Shown: piece after piece, positions 44,029 to 53,300 of the stretch
Numbering within the stretch: the stretch's first letter is position 1
Layout: every line of letters starts with the position of its first letter
NCBI GenBank assembly: GCA_944355355.1
Contig: CALVQE010000002.1
Coordinates: 704-64,703, forward strand
Direction of reading: 5' to 3'
From: an uncultured Bacilli bacterium
Lineage (GTDB): Bacteria; Bacillota_I; Bacilli_A; RF39; UBA660
Length of the DNA stretch: 64,000 bases
The notes under the pieces: generated by a model
The model's database searches: none
What the model was told of the DNA's origin: nothing
What the model saw: only the letters and a program-made list of their open reading frames with translations
Position numbers and translations under genes: made by a program

Positions 44029-44946
44029 ATGTATCAGAAACTAAAAAAGAAAAATAGACTCATTATGATCTTAATCCTGCTTTGCTTGAGTCTTCTATTT
44101 CTATGGGGTTATACATTTCATAAATATTTAAGTGAACAAGAAAAAGTAAAAAATACGATCGTTCCATCCCTGTCCGATGATTATTTTACTAGTCAACTTA
44201 TTTTAACTCGAAATGCTATGAAAGCTGAACAAGAAGAAAAACTTTTTTATCAAAGATGGTTTACTTATCACCCTGAATATCAAGAAGCATATAATAATGA
44301 AAGAAATTATTATCAAAACGTCACCTTTACTTTAGAAGCAAATCGGTTAGCCCAGTTACCCGATTATCCTAATGGGTGCGAAGCCGTAAGTGCTGTAATG
44401 CTTTTAAATTATCACGGCGTAGATATTTCGATAGAAGAGTATATTAATAACTACTTGCCGACGGAAGAAGTTTATGAAAAAGATGGCATTCGTTACGGCC
44501 CAGACCCGTCCCAAGTTTACGCCGGCGATCCTAAGGATCCTTACCGTGGATGGGGAACTTTTGCTCCAGTTATATTTAATTCTATTCAAAATGTATTGAA
44601 GTCTCAGACTGGCTTTTCTGTAATAGATTTATCAAGTACAAGTTTAGAAAACTTGATCTTTGAGTTACCTGTAGTGATCTGGACAACAATAGATTACGAA
44701 GAAGCAACAGAAATCTATGAATGGCAAAGTTATGATGGAGCTAAAACCTATACTTACCCTAAAAATGCGCATGCCGTCTTAGTTGTTGGAGTAGACAAAG
44801 ATAATTTTTATATTAATGATCCCTTAAAGCCAGAAAGCACCGTGCAAGTCCCAAAAGAAACCTTAGAAAAAAGTTACAATTCAATGGGAAGACAAGCTAT
44901 AGGAATCTATAGAGTTTATAACGATGAGGATATGTTGGTATGGTAA
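44029..44946 (+). CDS. Membrane-anchored C39-like (Peptidase_C39_2-type) cysteine peptidase family protein
   Basis: N-terminal TM. YPNGCEAVSAVMLLNYHG (Cys) ... NAHAVLVVGVDKDNFYINDP (His/Asp). Confidence 0.65.
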   Translation: MYQKLKKKNRLIMILILLCLSLLFLWGYTFHKYLSEQEKVKNTIVPSLSDDYFTSQLILTRNAMKAEQEEKLFYQRWFTYHPEYQEAYNNERNYYQNVTFTLEANRLAQLPDYPNGCEAVSAVMLLNYHGVDISIEEYINNYLPTEEVYEKDGIRYGPDPSQVYAGDPKDPYRGWGTFAPVIFNSIQNVLKSQTGFSVIDLSSTSLENLIFELPVVIWTTIDYEEATEIYEWQSYDGAKTYTYPKNAHAVLVVGVDKDNFYINDPLKPESTVQVPKETLEKSYNSMGRQAIGIYRVYNDEDMLVW

Positions 44947-45806
44947 GAAAAATCTTTTTAAGCCTAGTTAGCTTAAGTCTAACTCTTGGACTTCTTTATA
45001 TTACGATTTCAGGATTGTTAAAATACAATTTACAAGAAGAACAATTTCTAAACTACCTCAAAGATAACGACATTAGCTTTTTACTCCGGACTCAATTTGG
45101 TGAAGAGAGCTCCTTTTATAAAGACTTAACTGCAGGACTTTCCCAAATTCAAATTCCCGAAGAAACCATCATTCCCATTCTAAACAGTGGACCCACCAAA
45201 GAATTTCTAGCTACATATATTTACAATGCCGTCTTATCCTATATATACGACGATGAACAACCAAAAGTGACCTCTGAAGAAATTCTCTCTCTTTTAGAAA
45301 GCAACTTTCCTGTTATTGAGCAAACCCTAGGTGAAGAACTAACTGAAGTCAAACAAAGCGAAATCTTAAACTATGCTAATATTTACATGGAAGATTTACA
45401 AGGTGCTTTACCGACCATAAATGAAGTCATTCAAAAAGTGGGGCTTACTTCTTTAGAAAACTTAAAAATTCTTATTCGTATCATGCAAAATAAAACCATC
45501 TTTATTTTAGTTAGTCTAGGATCACTTCTATTCCTTGGCTTACTAATCTTATTTACCCACGTAGCAAAAACCGATGAACACTATATTAAACGGAGTATTA
45601 CTTTATATGTAGCTATTTTGCTTGTTGTAGAAGTCTTAATTGGCACCATTTTAAAAGACTACTTTATGAGCGAAATTGCAATTATAAAAGTTTTCATCAA
45701 CTATCTATGTAATATCTTGGCCAAAGAAATCTGGTTATTTGTTTTCCTTGGCTTAGGAATTACACTTCTAATCAATCTCAATAATAAAAGGAGGAAAAAA
45801 ATATGA
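44940..45806 (+). CDS. Membrane protein, unknown function
   Basis: N-terminal TM plus a C-terminal three-to-four-TM block. Overlaps its neighbours. Confidence 0.5.
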   Translation: MVRKIFLSLVSLSLTLGLLYITISGLLKYNLQEEQFLNYLKDNDISFLLRTQFGEESSFYKDLTAGLSQIQIPEETIIPILNSGPTKEFLATYIYNAVLSYIYDDEQPKVTSEEILSLLESNFPVIEQTLGEELTEVKQSEILNYANIYMEDLQGALPTINEVIQKVGLTSLENLKILIRIMQNKTIFILVSLGSLLFLGLLILFTHVAKTDEHYIKRSITLYVAILLVVEVLIGTILKDYFMSEIAIIKVFINYLCNILAKEIWLFVFLGLGITLLINLNNKRRKKI

Positions 45807-46132
45807 GAAAATATATGGAAGAATATACCGAAGAAGTTTTAACAAAATTAAAAGGAAAAGTGACCAAAGAAGATCTAGAAGAGTTAAAACTCAAAATCAC
45901 ATACTTTCAACATGAACGACTAATTCATTTACTTGTCACCATTGCTTTTGCTATTTTTACAGTAATTTTTCTATGTTTGGGCATGATCTCTTATGTCTTC
46001 TTAATTCCCTTTACAAGCTTCATTATCTTTTTAATTTTCTACATCTTGCATTATTTCTTTTTAGAAAATCATGTTCAATATTTATACCGTTTGTATGACG
46101 AGATGAAAGCAAAATTGAAAGGTGGCAATTGA
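45803..46132 (+). CDS. Small two-TM membrane protein
   Basis: ATGA overlap. Hydrophobic core LIHLLVTIAFAIFTVIFLCLGMISYVFLIPFTSFIIFLIFYIL. Confidence 0.5.
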   Translation: MRKYMEEYTEEVLTKLKGKVTKEDLEELKLKITYFQHERLIHLLVTIAFAIFTVIFLCLGMISYVFLIPFTSFIIFLIFYILHYFFLENHVQYLYRLYDEMKAKLKGGN

Positions 46133-46437
46133 TAAAGAAGAAATCTGAGTTACGCAAAGAAAGCATATGATAAAAAGGACATAAGATATACCTAAACTAT
46201 GCTTGTTTATTTGTAAGTGACGGCGTGAATCAAAACAATTCAAGTCCATTTACAATTGTTTTACATTTGACTTTTTCAAGAGTTTTTAGTAGTATACAAG
46301 CTAATATTTTTTGTATTGATTATCTTTATATTGAAAATCATCCAAAAAATGTTATAATGTCTATAGAAAGCAATCTGTTTGTCTTTCTGTATGCTGTATG
46401 TATTATGTTTTTTGTTGCATAATATATTTTAGGACAT

Positions 46438-46474
46438 AAAAAAAGAGATACATTAGCCGTTAAGTGCTTATCTC
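46438..46474 (-). terminator. Rho-independent terminator (minus strand)
   Basis: On the minus strand: gagataagcacttaacggctaatgtatctc followed by a T7 run. Confidence 0.6.
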
Positions 46475-46632
46475 CGCCTTATGTTTCTATGTTTCGAGTG
46501 AAGAGCACCTTTCAAAGTCGCTATGACCAAGATTAGGTGCTCCTTTTTTAATGCTTCTGGTTGTGATCTCTTTGTAGAATATATAAAATCACTATTAAAG
46601 CAATTAAATATTCCAAATTGATCCTCTCTCAT
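46468..46632 (-). CDS. Candidate small ORF (54 aa) with its SD held in a hairpin
   Basis: ggaggtg SD (46645-46639) 6 nt upstream of ATG 46632. The SD lies in the 3' arm of the hairpin cctccgt / acggagg (46671-46641). Below the ORF-track cutoff. The stop lies inside the minus-strand terminator stem. Confidence 0.3.
   Translation of the reverse strand: MREDQFGIFNCFNSDFIYSTKRSQPEALKKEHLILVIATLKGALHSKHRNIRRR
46503..46550 (+). terminator. Rho-independent terminator (plus strand), convergent with the previous one
   Basis: gagcacct (46503-46510) / aggtgctc (46535-46542) followed by cttttttaa. Confidence 0.6.
46548..46616 (-). CDS. Alternative candidate ORF: 22-aa hydrophobic peptide (type I toxin-like)
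   Basis: TTG start 5 nt after agagga. (M)EYLIALIVILYILQRDHNQKH is a single TM helix with a charged tail. Overlaps the other candidate in a different frame. Confidence 0.3.
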   Translation of the reverse strand: MEYLIALIVILYILQRDHNQKH

Positions 46633-47044
46633 AGGCATCACCTCCGTTCTATCGCCATTGGATGACGGAGGAAAAGCACCTAACCAATGTATCTCGGATT
46701 AATTATATTATATAAAGTATAAAATAGCTAGATTTTTTGGTCTTGAATTGTTTGAAAAAAATGAAACATATAAAGCTTACAGTTTTGATAAGCATAAGTA
46801 TGTATTACGATACTTAAAAAAATAATATAACGAAACCTTATCTTGATAAAGTATAGCAAAGATGCTTCAATTCGCAAAATTCATAAATTGTTAAAAAATC
46901 TAGGAAAATAAAGGGATAAAAATATTTTGAATGTAAAAAAACTGAAAATTTCACTAATTTTTATTTTAAACCAGAAGCCAATCATACTAAATTTTCATTA
47001 ACTTATATAAGTTTTTAGTACATATTTGTTCATAAAATCCCTTA

Positions 47045-47265
47045 TTTTTTCTTAAAAACTAAATTTTGCGAATTGAAGAGCAAAGATGAAATCATACTTG
47101 CCAAACAAAAATGAATCTGATACAATGAAGGTGTTGATGAAGATGTTGCCTTACAACCAACGGAGTCAAATCGCTTATCGGCGTTACAGAAAGAGGTAGT
47201 TAATTCTATGAAATAGGGTGGTACCACGGGTATATTGCTCGTCCCTAGGTCATAGAATTTTTTTC
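47045..47265 (+). promoter_or_regulatory. T-box leader, Tyr specifier (UAC)
   Basis: UAC followed by A at 47152-47155. T-box aatagggtggtaccacgg (47212-47229). Terminator ctatgaaataggg / ccctaggtcatag followed by a T7 run. Confidence 0.75.
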
Positions 47266-47290
47266 ATTAAAAAGAGAAAGTGAGGATATT

Positions 47291-47635
47291 ATGAATCAAA
47301 CGGATATTTATAACGTACCTGTAAAAACTATGACAGAAGAGGGGACTATCCAGTCTTTTGATCATCTTTACTGTACCTATGATGAACTTTCCAACTGCTT
47401 TGTAGAGTGTATTACAAATACCTCTATTCCCAAAATACAAACCAAAGATGCAAAAGATTTAGACTTGCCCTTATTTGCTTTAGAGGAAGACAAATTCCTA
47501 AAAGTTCCTTTAAAAGACTATCAAAATTATTTGAAAAAAATGCGCAACCCGAGAGTAAGACAAACCTTAGAAAATAGGATTCACAACATTCTTTTGATAT
47601 CAGAAACACAAAAAGAAAAGAGGATAACATTATGA
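47291..47635 (+). CDS. Hypothetical protein between the T-box and tyrS
   Basis: RBS gaaagtgagg. ATGA overlap with tyrS. No family recognised. Confidence 0.5.
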   Translation: MNQTDIYNVPVKTMTEEGTIQSFDHLYCTYDELSNCFVECITNTSIPKIQTKDAKDLDLPLFALEEDKFLKVPLKDYQNYLKKMRNPRVRQTLENRIHNILLISETQKEKRITL

Positions 47636-48846
47636 CATTATATGAAGATTTGATGTGGCGTGGATTAATTAAAGACGTATCCACTCCAAATTTAAAAGAT
47701 ATTTTAGATAATCAAAAAATAACCTTTTATTGGGGAACCGACCCCTCAGCTGATAGCCTTCACTTAGGACACTACAGTTCTTTAGTGACAGCCAAAAGAT
47801 TAAGTAACTATGGCCATCATCCAATTTTATTGATTGGAGGATCAACCGGTTTAATTGGCGATCCACGTCCAACTGCCGAAAGAGAAATAATCTCCAAAGA
47901 AGCCGTTTTAAAAAATGCTGCTGGTATTAAAGCGCAAGTAGATAAAATCTTTGAAGGCAAAGCCAAAATCGTCAACAATTACGATTGGACCAAAGACGTA
48001 AGTCTCTTAGATTTCTTGCGAGACATTGGTAAATACATCAATGTAAACTATATGCTAGATAAAGATATCATTAAAAGAAGATTAGAAACCGGAATTACAT
48101 ATGCAGAGTTTTCTTATACACTTTTACAAGGCTATGATTTTCTTCATCTGTTTGAACACGAAAATTGTGTTTTACAAGCAGAAGGTTCAGATCAATGGGG
48201 AAATATTACAACCGGTATAGAACTCATTAAGAAGAAAACTGGAAAAGAAGCTTATGGTTTTACCATGCCATTAATTGTCGATAAAAATGGCAAAAAGTTT
48301 GGTAAAAGTGAAGGCAATGCTTTATGGTTAGACAAAGAAAAAACAAGTTCCTATGAACTATATCAATACCTAGTAAATACTGATGATGCTCTTGTTATTG
48401 ACTATTTAAAAGTATTTACCTTCTTAACTAAAGAAGAAATTGAAGAAATTGAAAGAAAACAAAAAGAAACACCAGAACTAAGAATTGCCCAAAAACGTCT
48501 AGCTGAAGAAATTATAACCGATTTACATGGTAAAGAAGAGTGGGAAAGAGCCTTAGAAATATCTGAATGCTTGTTTACGGGCAAAATAACTTCTTTAACA
48601 GACAAAGAAATAGAAACAGCTTTCAAAGGCGTTCCAATTCTAGCTTACCAAGATAAAAACTTATTAGATTTTTTAGTTGATGAACATGTTGCCTCATCCA
48701 AAAGAGAAGCAAGAGAATTTTTATCTGGCAATGCCATTACGATTAATGGAGAAATCGTGAATGAGGAAGATTATCATTTAGATGACACTCGTACTTATAA
48801 CGTTCTAAGAAGAGGCAAGAAAAAGTATTATTTAATCAAAAAGTAA
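47632..48846 (+). CDS. tyrS: Tyrosine--tRNA ligase
   Basis: HIGH motif (HLGHY), KMSKS variant (KFGKS), C-terminal S4-like domain. Confidence 0.95.
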   Translation: MTLYEDLMWRGLIKDVSTPNLKDILDNQKITFYWGTDPSADSLHLGHYSSLVTAKRLSNYGHHPILLIGGSTGLIGDPRPTAEREIISKEAVLKNAAGIKAQVDKIFEGKAKIVNNYDWTKDVSLLDFLRDIGKYINVNYMLDKDIIKRRLETGITYAEFSYTLLQGYDFLHLFEHENCVLQAEGSDQWGNITTGIELIKKKTGKEAYGFTMPLIVDKNGKKFGKSEGNALWLDKEKTSSYELYQYLVNTDDALVIDYLKVFTFLTKEEIEEIERKQKETPELRIAQKRLAEEIITDLHGKEEWERALEISECLFTGKITSLTDKEIETAFKGVPILAYQDKNLLDFLVDEHVASSKREAREFLSGNAITINGEIVNEEDYHLDDTRTYNVLRRGKKKYYLIKK

Positions 48847-48877
48847 GATGAACATCCAGTCATCTTCTTTTTTTTGG
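48845..48877 (+). terminator. Rho-independent terminator
   Basis: aagatga acatccag tcatctt followed by a T-run. Confidence 0.7.
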
Positions 48878-48908
48878 CATATTTCTATCTTAGAAGGAGA
48901 AAGTTTTT

Positions 48909-50363
48909 ATGAATTTAAATGAATTTCAAAAAAGTGGAGTGGGAACTATTAACGTTACCGACTCTTTAAAAGCGCCCTTATTGGGCCTAAAAATTGAGTT
49001 AAATGAAAACTCAAGTATTCCACAGACAAATGATTTAATCATTTCTGTCTCAAAAGGAGAGGATACCAAAGAAATAAAGTATCCGTTGACGTCACCTTTA
49101 TACCGAATAAATTCGGTAAGTGATGTATTTCTTATTGAACCAAGTTTTGAAGGCAACAAAGTGTCTATGAAAGCTAAAGTAAGTCGCAAAATTGGTATTC
49201 AACATGTTGAAAGTGAAATCCACGTTGGAGACGATCTCAGTGGTAAAACTATTAGAACAATTGAAGGACTAAGTGCGATTAAATCACTCGTAAATGAATC
49301 ACTAATTACAACAAATAATTACGAGATAAAAGTGCAAGCTCGTGATATTTATGATAATGGAGTTTTAAAAGCCACAAGATATGAATTAATAGAAACCCAA
49401 AATAATGCGATATTATACTGGGAAGAAGATTCTGATACAATTGGTATAACTACTTCTGGATTTTCTTCGTATATATTACCAGCTGACTTTGGAGTTGTTA
49501 CAGCTATACATAGTAGTGCAAATACCTGTTTAGTATTTTATAATACAAATACAAATATTTTAGACGAAGAAACAATAGAAGAGCTAGATTACCAGCCTAT
49601 TATTCTATTTGAAGGAGAAAATAGTATTTCATGTAACTATGAGAACGCTTCGATTGAACTTGTTTATCCTAAAAATAATGACTTAACGAAGTATTTTCTC
49701 GCAAATACCTATACCTATAGTCTAAACAATGAAGATAAATTCTTGACTTTAGATGATCTATATTTTAAAAACTGTTTCACAGAAATTGAAGAAAATATTA
49801 TCAATGCAATTTTTAATAAATTAACGATAAAATGTCTTGATTCGACAACAGGAAATTTTTCTTTAGACTGTGATGGAAACTTAGTTGTTAATAGCATTAC
49901 AACCAAAGTTCAAGATGAAGCGTCATCGGATATAGACTTTGATCAAATTTATCCGATAGGTTCTATTTACATGAGTGTAAATAATGTGAATCCAAGTACT
50001 TTATTTGGTGGTACTTGGCAGGCCTTTGCATCAGGAAGAACAATTGTAGGTGTAGACGCATCTCAAACAGAATTTAATACAGTTCAAAAAGCTGGTGGTT
50101 CTAAAATGCAGACCTTGACTGAAGCTCAATTGCCTTTAGTAGGAGGACAAATTGCAATTCACGGTGGGGAAAGCGGATCGAATTTATGGCAACCAACAGG
50201 CGTCTTCTCTTCGTCAGCAGTTAATGCAGGAAAGTATAAAACCATGAATCAAGCTTCTGGAGCATCTTCTATTGGTGTGTTAGATTTCCGATTTGGTAGT
50301 GGAGAAGCACATAATAACTTACCACCATATATTACAGTGTATATGTGGAAAAGGGTAGCATAA
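48909..50363 (+). CDS. Phage tail-fibre/baseplate-like protein with a C-terminal tail-collar-type domain (MdpB/COG4675-like)
   Basis: C-terminus IYPIGSIYMSVNNVNPSTLFGGTWQAF...GGSKMQTLTEAQLP...GEAHNNLPPYITVYMWKR matches the tail-collar signature (HNN.PPY..VY.W.R). The N-terminal 330 aa are unrecognised. Strong RBS gaaggag. Confidence 0.7.
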   Translation: MNLNEFQKSGVGTINVTDSLKAPLLGLKIELNENSSIPQTNDLIISVSKGEDTKEIKYPLTSPLYRINSVSDVFLIEPSFEGNKVSMKAKVSRKIGIQHVESEIHVGDDLSGKTIRTIEGLSAIKSLVNESLITTNNYEIKVQARDIYDNGVLKATRYELIETQNNAILYWEEDSDTIGITTSGFSSYILPADFGVVTAIHSSANTCLVFYNTNTNILDEETIEELDYQPIILFEGENSISCNYENASIELVYPKNNDLTKYFLANTYTYSLNNEDKFLTLDDLYFKNCFTEIEENIINAIFNKLTIKCLDSTTGNFSLDCDGNLVVNSITTKVQDEASSDIDFDQIYPIGSIYMSVNNVNPSTLFGGTWQAFASGRTIVGVDASQTEFNTVQKAGGSKMQTLTEAQLPLVGGQIAIHGGESGSNLWQPTGVFSSSAVNAGKYKTMNQASGASSIGVLDFRFGSGEAHNNLPPYITVYMWKRVA

Positions 50364-50373
50364 GGTGATTTCT

Positions 50374-53300
50374 ATGAAAGAAATTATTTCCCTTAGAAAA
50401 CCCAGAGAAAAACATTTTCTAAATGAAGATGGCACATTCACAGTGCAAATGTATGATCATGATATTCATTATTTAGCAAATGGTGAATATAAAGAAATCG
50501 ACAATTCATTAATAGAATTGGATTCTTGTTATCAAACGAGTTCTAATGCATTTATTGTTTCTTTTGCAAAACAAAAAAATCAAGAATTGCTTAAAATAGA
50601 AAAGGATAATCATTATTTAAAATTTTTTCTGGATACAAATCAAACTTTTAAATTATTGGCTCAAAAGTATTCAATAACATATCAAGATATTTTAAAAGAT
50701 ATAGACATAAAGTATTCTTTAAAAAACAATCAAATAAAGGACACTATATGGATAAATAAACCAACAGAAGATTTACCCAAAATAAAATATATTATTGAAA
50801 CAGATTTGAAATTAATCTTAAAAAACAACTCTATTTTTATATATGATGGTGATAAGTTTATTTCTAAAATAGAACCACCAACATTGATGGATAGCCAAAA
50901 GAATAAGTACAATATCGTTTACAATTTAGTGGAATCTGAATCGGGATACGTTTTAACCTTTAAATTTGAATCAAATATATTTCATAATCGAGAACTATAT
51001 CCTTTTATAATAGATCCAACGATTACAAATTCAGAAGAAAAAACAGTTTATGATACTTATATTTATTCTGGAGAAGAAAATAAAAATTACAATTTGGAAG
51101 ATTCGTTGCATGTTGGAGTAAATGAATCAAATAAAATATATAGATCATTAATAAAGTTTACATTGCCAACCATAGGTACTGGATATGAAATCGTTGATGC
51201 TACGGCATCTTTGGTAAGTCATGTAAGTGATTTTGTTGCCTTAAATTCTATTTACACCCATCAAACATTAGAAGCGCATCAGATCAATACAGAATGGAAT
51301 GAGGAAAGTGCCACATGGAATACAATGCATAATAAATATAATGAGCACATTGAAGATTACTTTCAGGCTTATAAAACTGAATATGACGCACCAAATAATA
51401 CCTATAACTTAAAAACAACTTCATTTAATATCACAAATATAGTAAAAAAGTGGTATGCTGGTGAAGCAAACAATGGTGTTTTATTGAAATTAGAAGATGA
51501 AATATATGGCGAAAATAGTGAACACATTTTTTATTCTAAAAACAATACTATCACGGAAACTAATGATGATATAGAAGATCCAAAACCATACCTCATCATT
51601 CGTTATAAAAACTTTAACGGACTAGAAGACTATATGACTTATCAAACAATCGATTTTCAAAACGGCAAAGGATACGTAAACAATTTAACAGGAAATTTAA
51701 CAACCGTATTTCATGTGAATCAAACAATAGGTGGGAAATTCCCTGTTAATTTAAATCTTATTTATAATAGTAACGATGCCGTTTTAAAGAAAAATATAGG
51801 TTTAGGTTTAGGTTATCGTTGGAATTTTTCTCAAACTATTGAGGAAATAACAATAGGAGAAGAACCATATTTGGCCTATATTGATGCCGATGGTACAACG
51901 CATTATTTTTATCAGTCAGATGAACATACATATCAAGACGAAGATGGATTAAATCTTACTATAAGTAAGGATAATTCTACATATGTTATGACGGATGCTT
52001 ATAAAAATAAAAAAATCTTTGAAAAAAAAGAGAATACTTATTATCTGGTTAAGATGATTGATACTTATCAAAATGAAGTTCATTTAGAATATGGCGAAAA
52101 TAATCGTTTGATTAAAATCACTGATGCTAATAATGAAACAATAAATATTTCGTATGGAATAATAAAAATCACAACAACAAGTTCTTATACGACAAGTACC
52201 TTAAATAGACCACTTATAAAAATTACTGATTTAATAACCAAAACAGGTACAACCGTATTTTCTTACAACTCATCAAATTTAATCGATAATATAACAGATG
52301 AAAACGGCTTGAAAACAGAATTTGACTATTATAATAATAGCCCTTATCGAATGAAGAAAATAACCGAAAAAAGTCTTCAGGATACAACCGGAAATAGTTT
52401 GGAATTTTTCTATTCTTTCCTTGTAACAAAAGTAGTCAATCAAAAAAATCAAATTTTGACTTATGCTTTTAATGAACAAGGAAATACCATAAGTGTAACA
52501 AATCTAGATGAATCCTTAGATTTGAAAAATGCTTATGGAACAGAAAATATTTATGTTCAAAATAAATTAGCTTTAAATATTCCTTTAACAAAATATGTAA
52601 AAAATTTATTTGAAGATCCAAGTTTTGAAAATAAAACGGGTACAATTATCTATGATGTGGGTGTTATAGATACTACAAACGCTAGAAGTGGTCAAAAGTG
52701 TGTTCGGACAAATGGTTATGAAATAGAAATTCCTTTACCAATGGTAGAAACAGCAGGATATTATACCTTCAGTGGCTATTTCAAACACACAAGCGCCATG
52801 GAAATAAGCTTGCACAGTTCTTCCACAAGTATAACAGAAACGAAACATTATTTGAAAGCAGATGAATATCAAAGATATTTTTTGACGGCTCATTTAGAAG
52901 CAAATACGCCGTATTATATAAACGTTTTTCCTGTAAATAACGCAACGATTTATATGGACGACTTTCAATTTGAAAGCGGTCAGGTAGCAAATTACTTTAA
53001 TTTAATTAATAATTCAGATTTCAGCAATGGTATGGAAGGATATGAAAGTGCTGTGTTTAGTTTATCTGGCGAAGAAGTCGTAAACGATGATTCAGTAGTA
53101 ACAATAGCAAATAATCAAAAAGCATATCAAATGAATTGTAAATCAAAATTAAGTAAAAGTTTAACAAAACGATTAAATATTGAAGGAAAAAAAGGAGATA
53201 CATATCGTCTATCCTTCTGGTATAAAAACGAAGGGTTAAGAGAAGGAACAATGGCTAGTGGTAATATTGCTTTACTAGGGTTTAGTTATAAAGTCGAAGT

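Noticed and set aside
46225-46422. A 65-aa GTG-start ORF in the large intergenic gap.
   Set aside because: It has no RBS and its composition does not look coding. The region is more plausibly the promoter or 5' part of the plus-strand RNA that ends at the 46503-46550 terminator.
47042-47227. A 61-aa minus-strand ORF upstream of the tyrS operon.
   Set aside because: It lies entirely antisense to the Tyr T-box leader, whose conserved elements explain the sequence.
48909-50363. Calling the region a prophage because of the tail-fibre-like gene.
   Set aside because: It is a single phage-like gene. No capsid, portal, terminase, tape-measure, holin/lysin or integrase genes occur nearby. It is flanked by tyrS and an Rhs gene.
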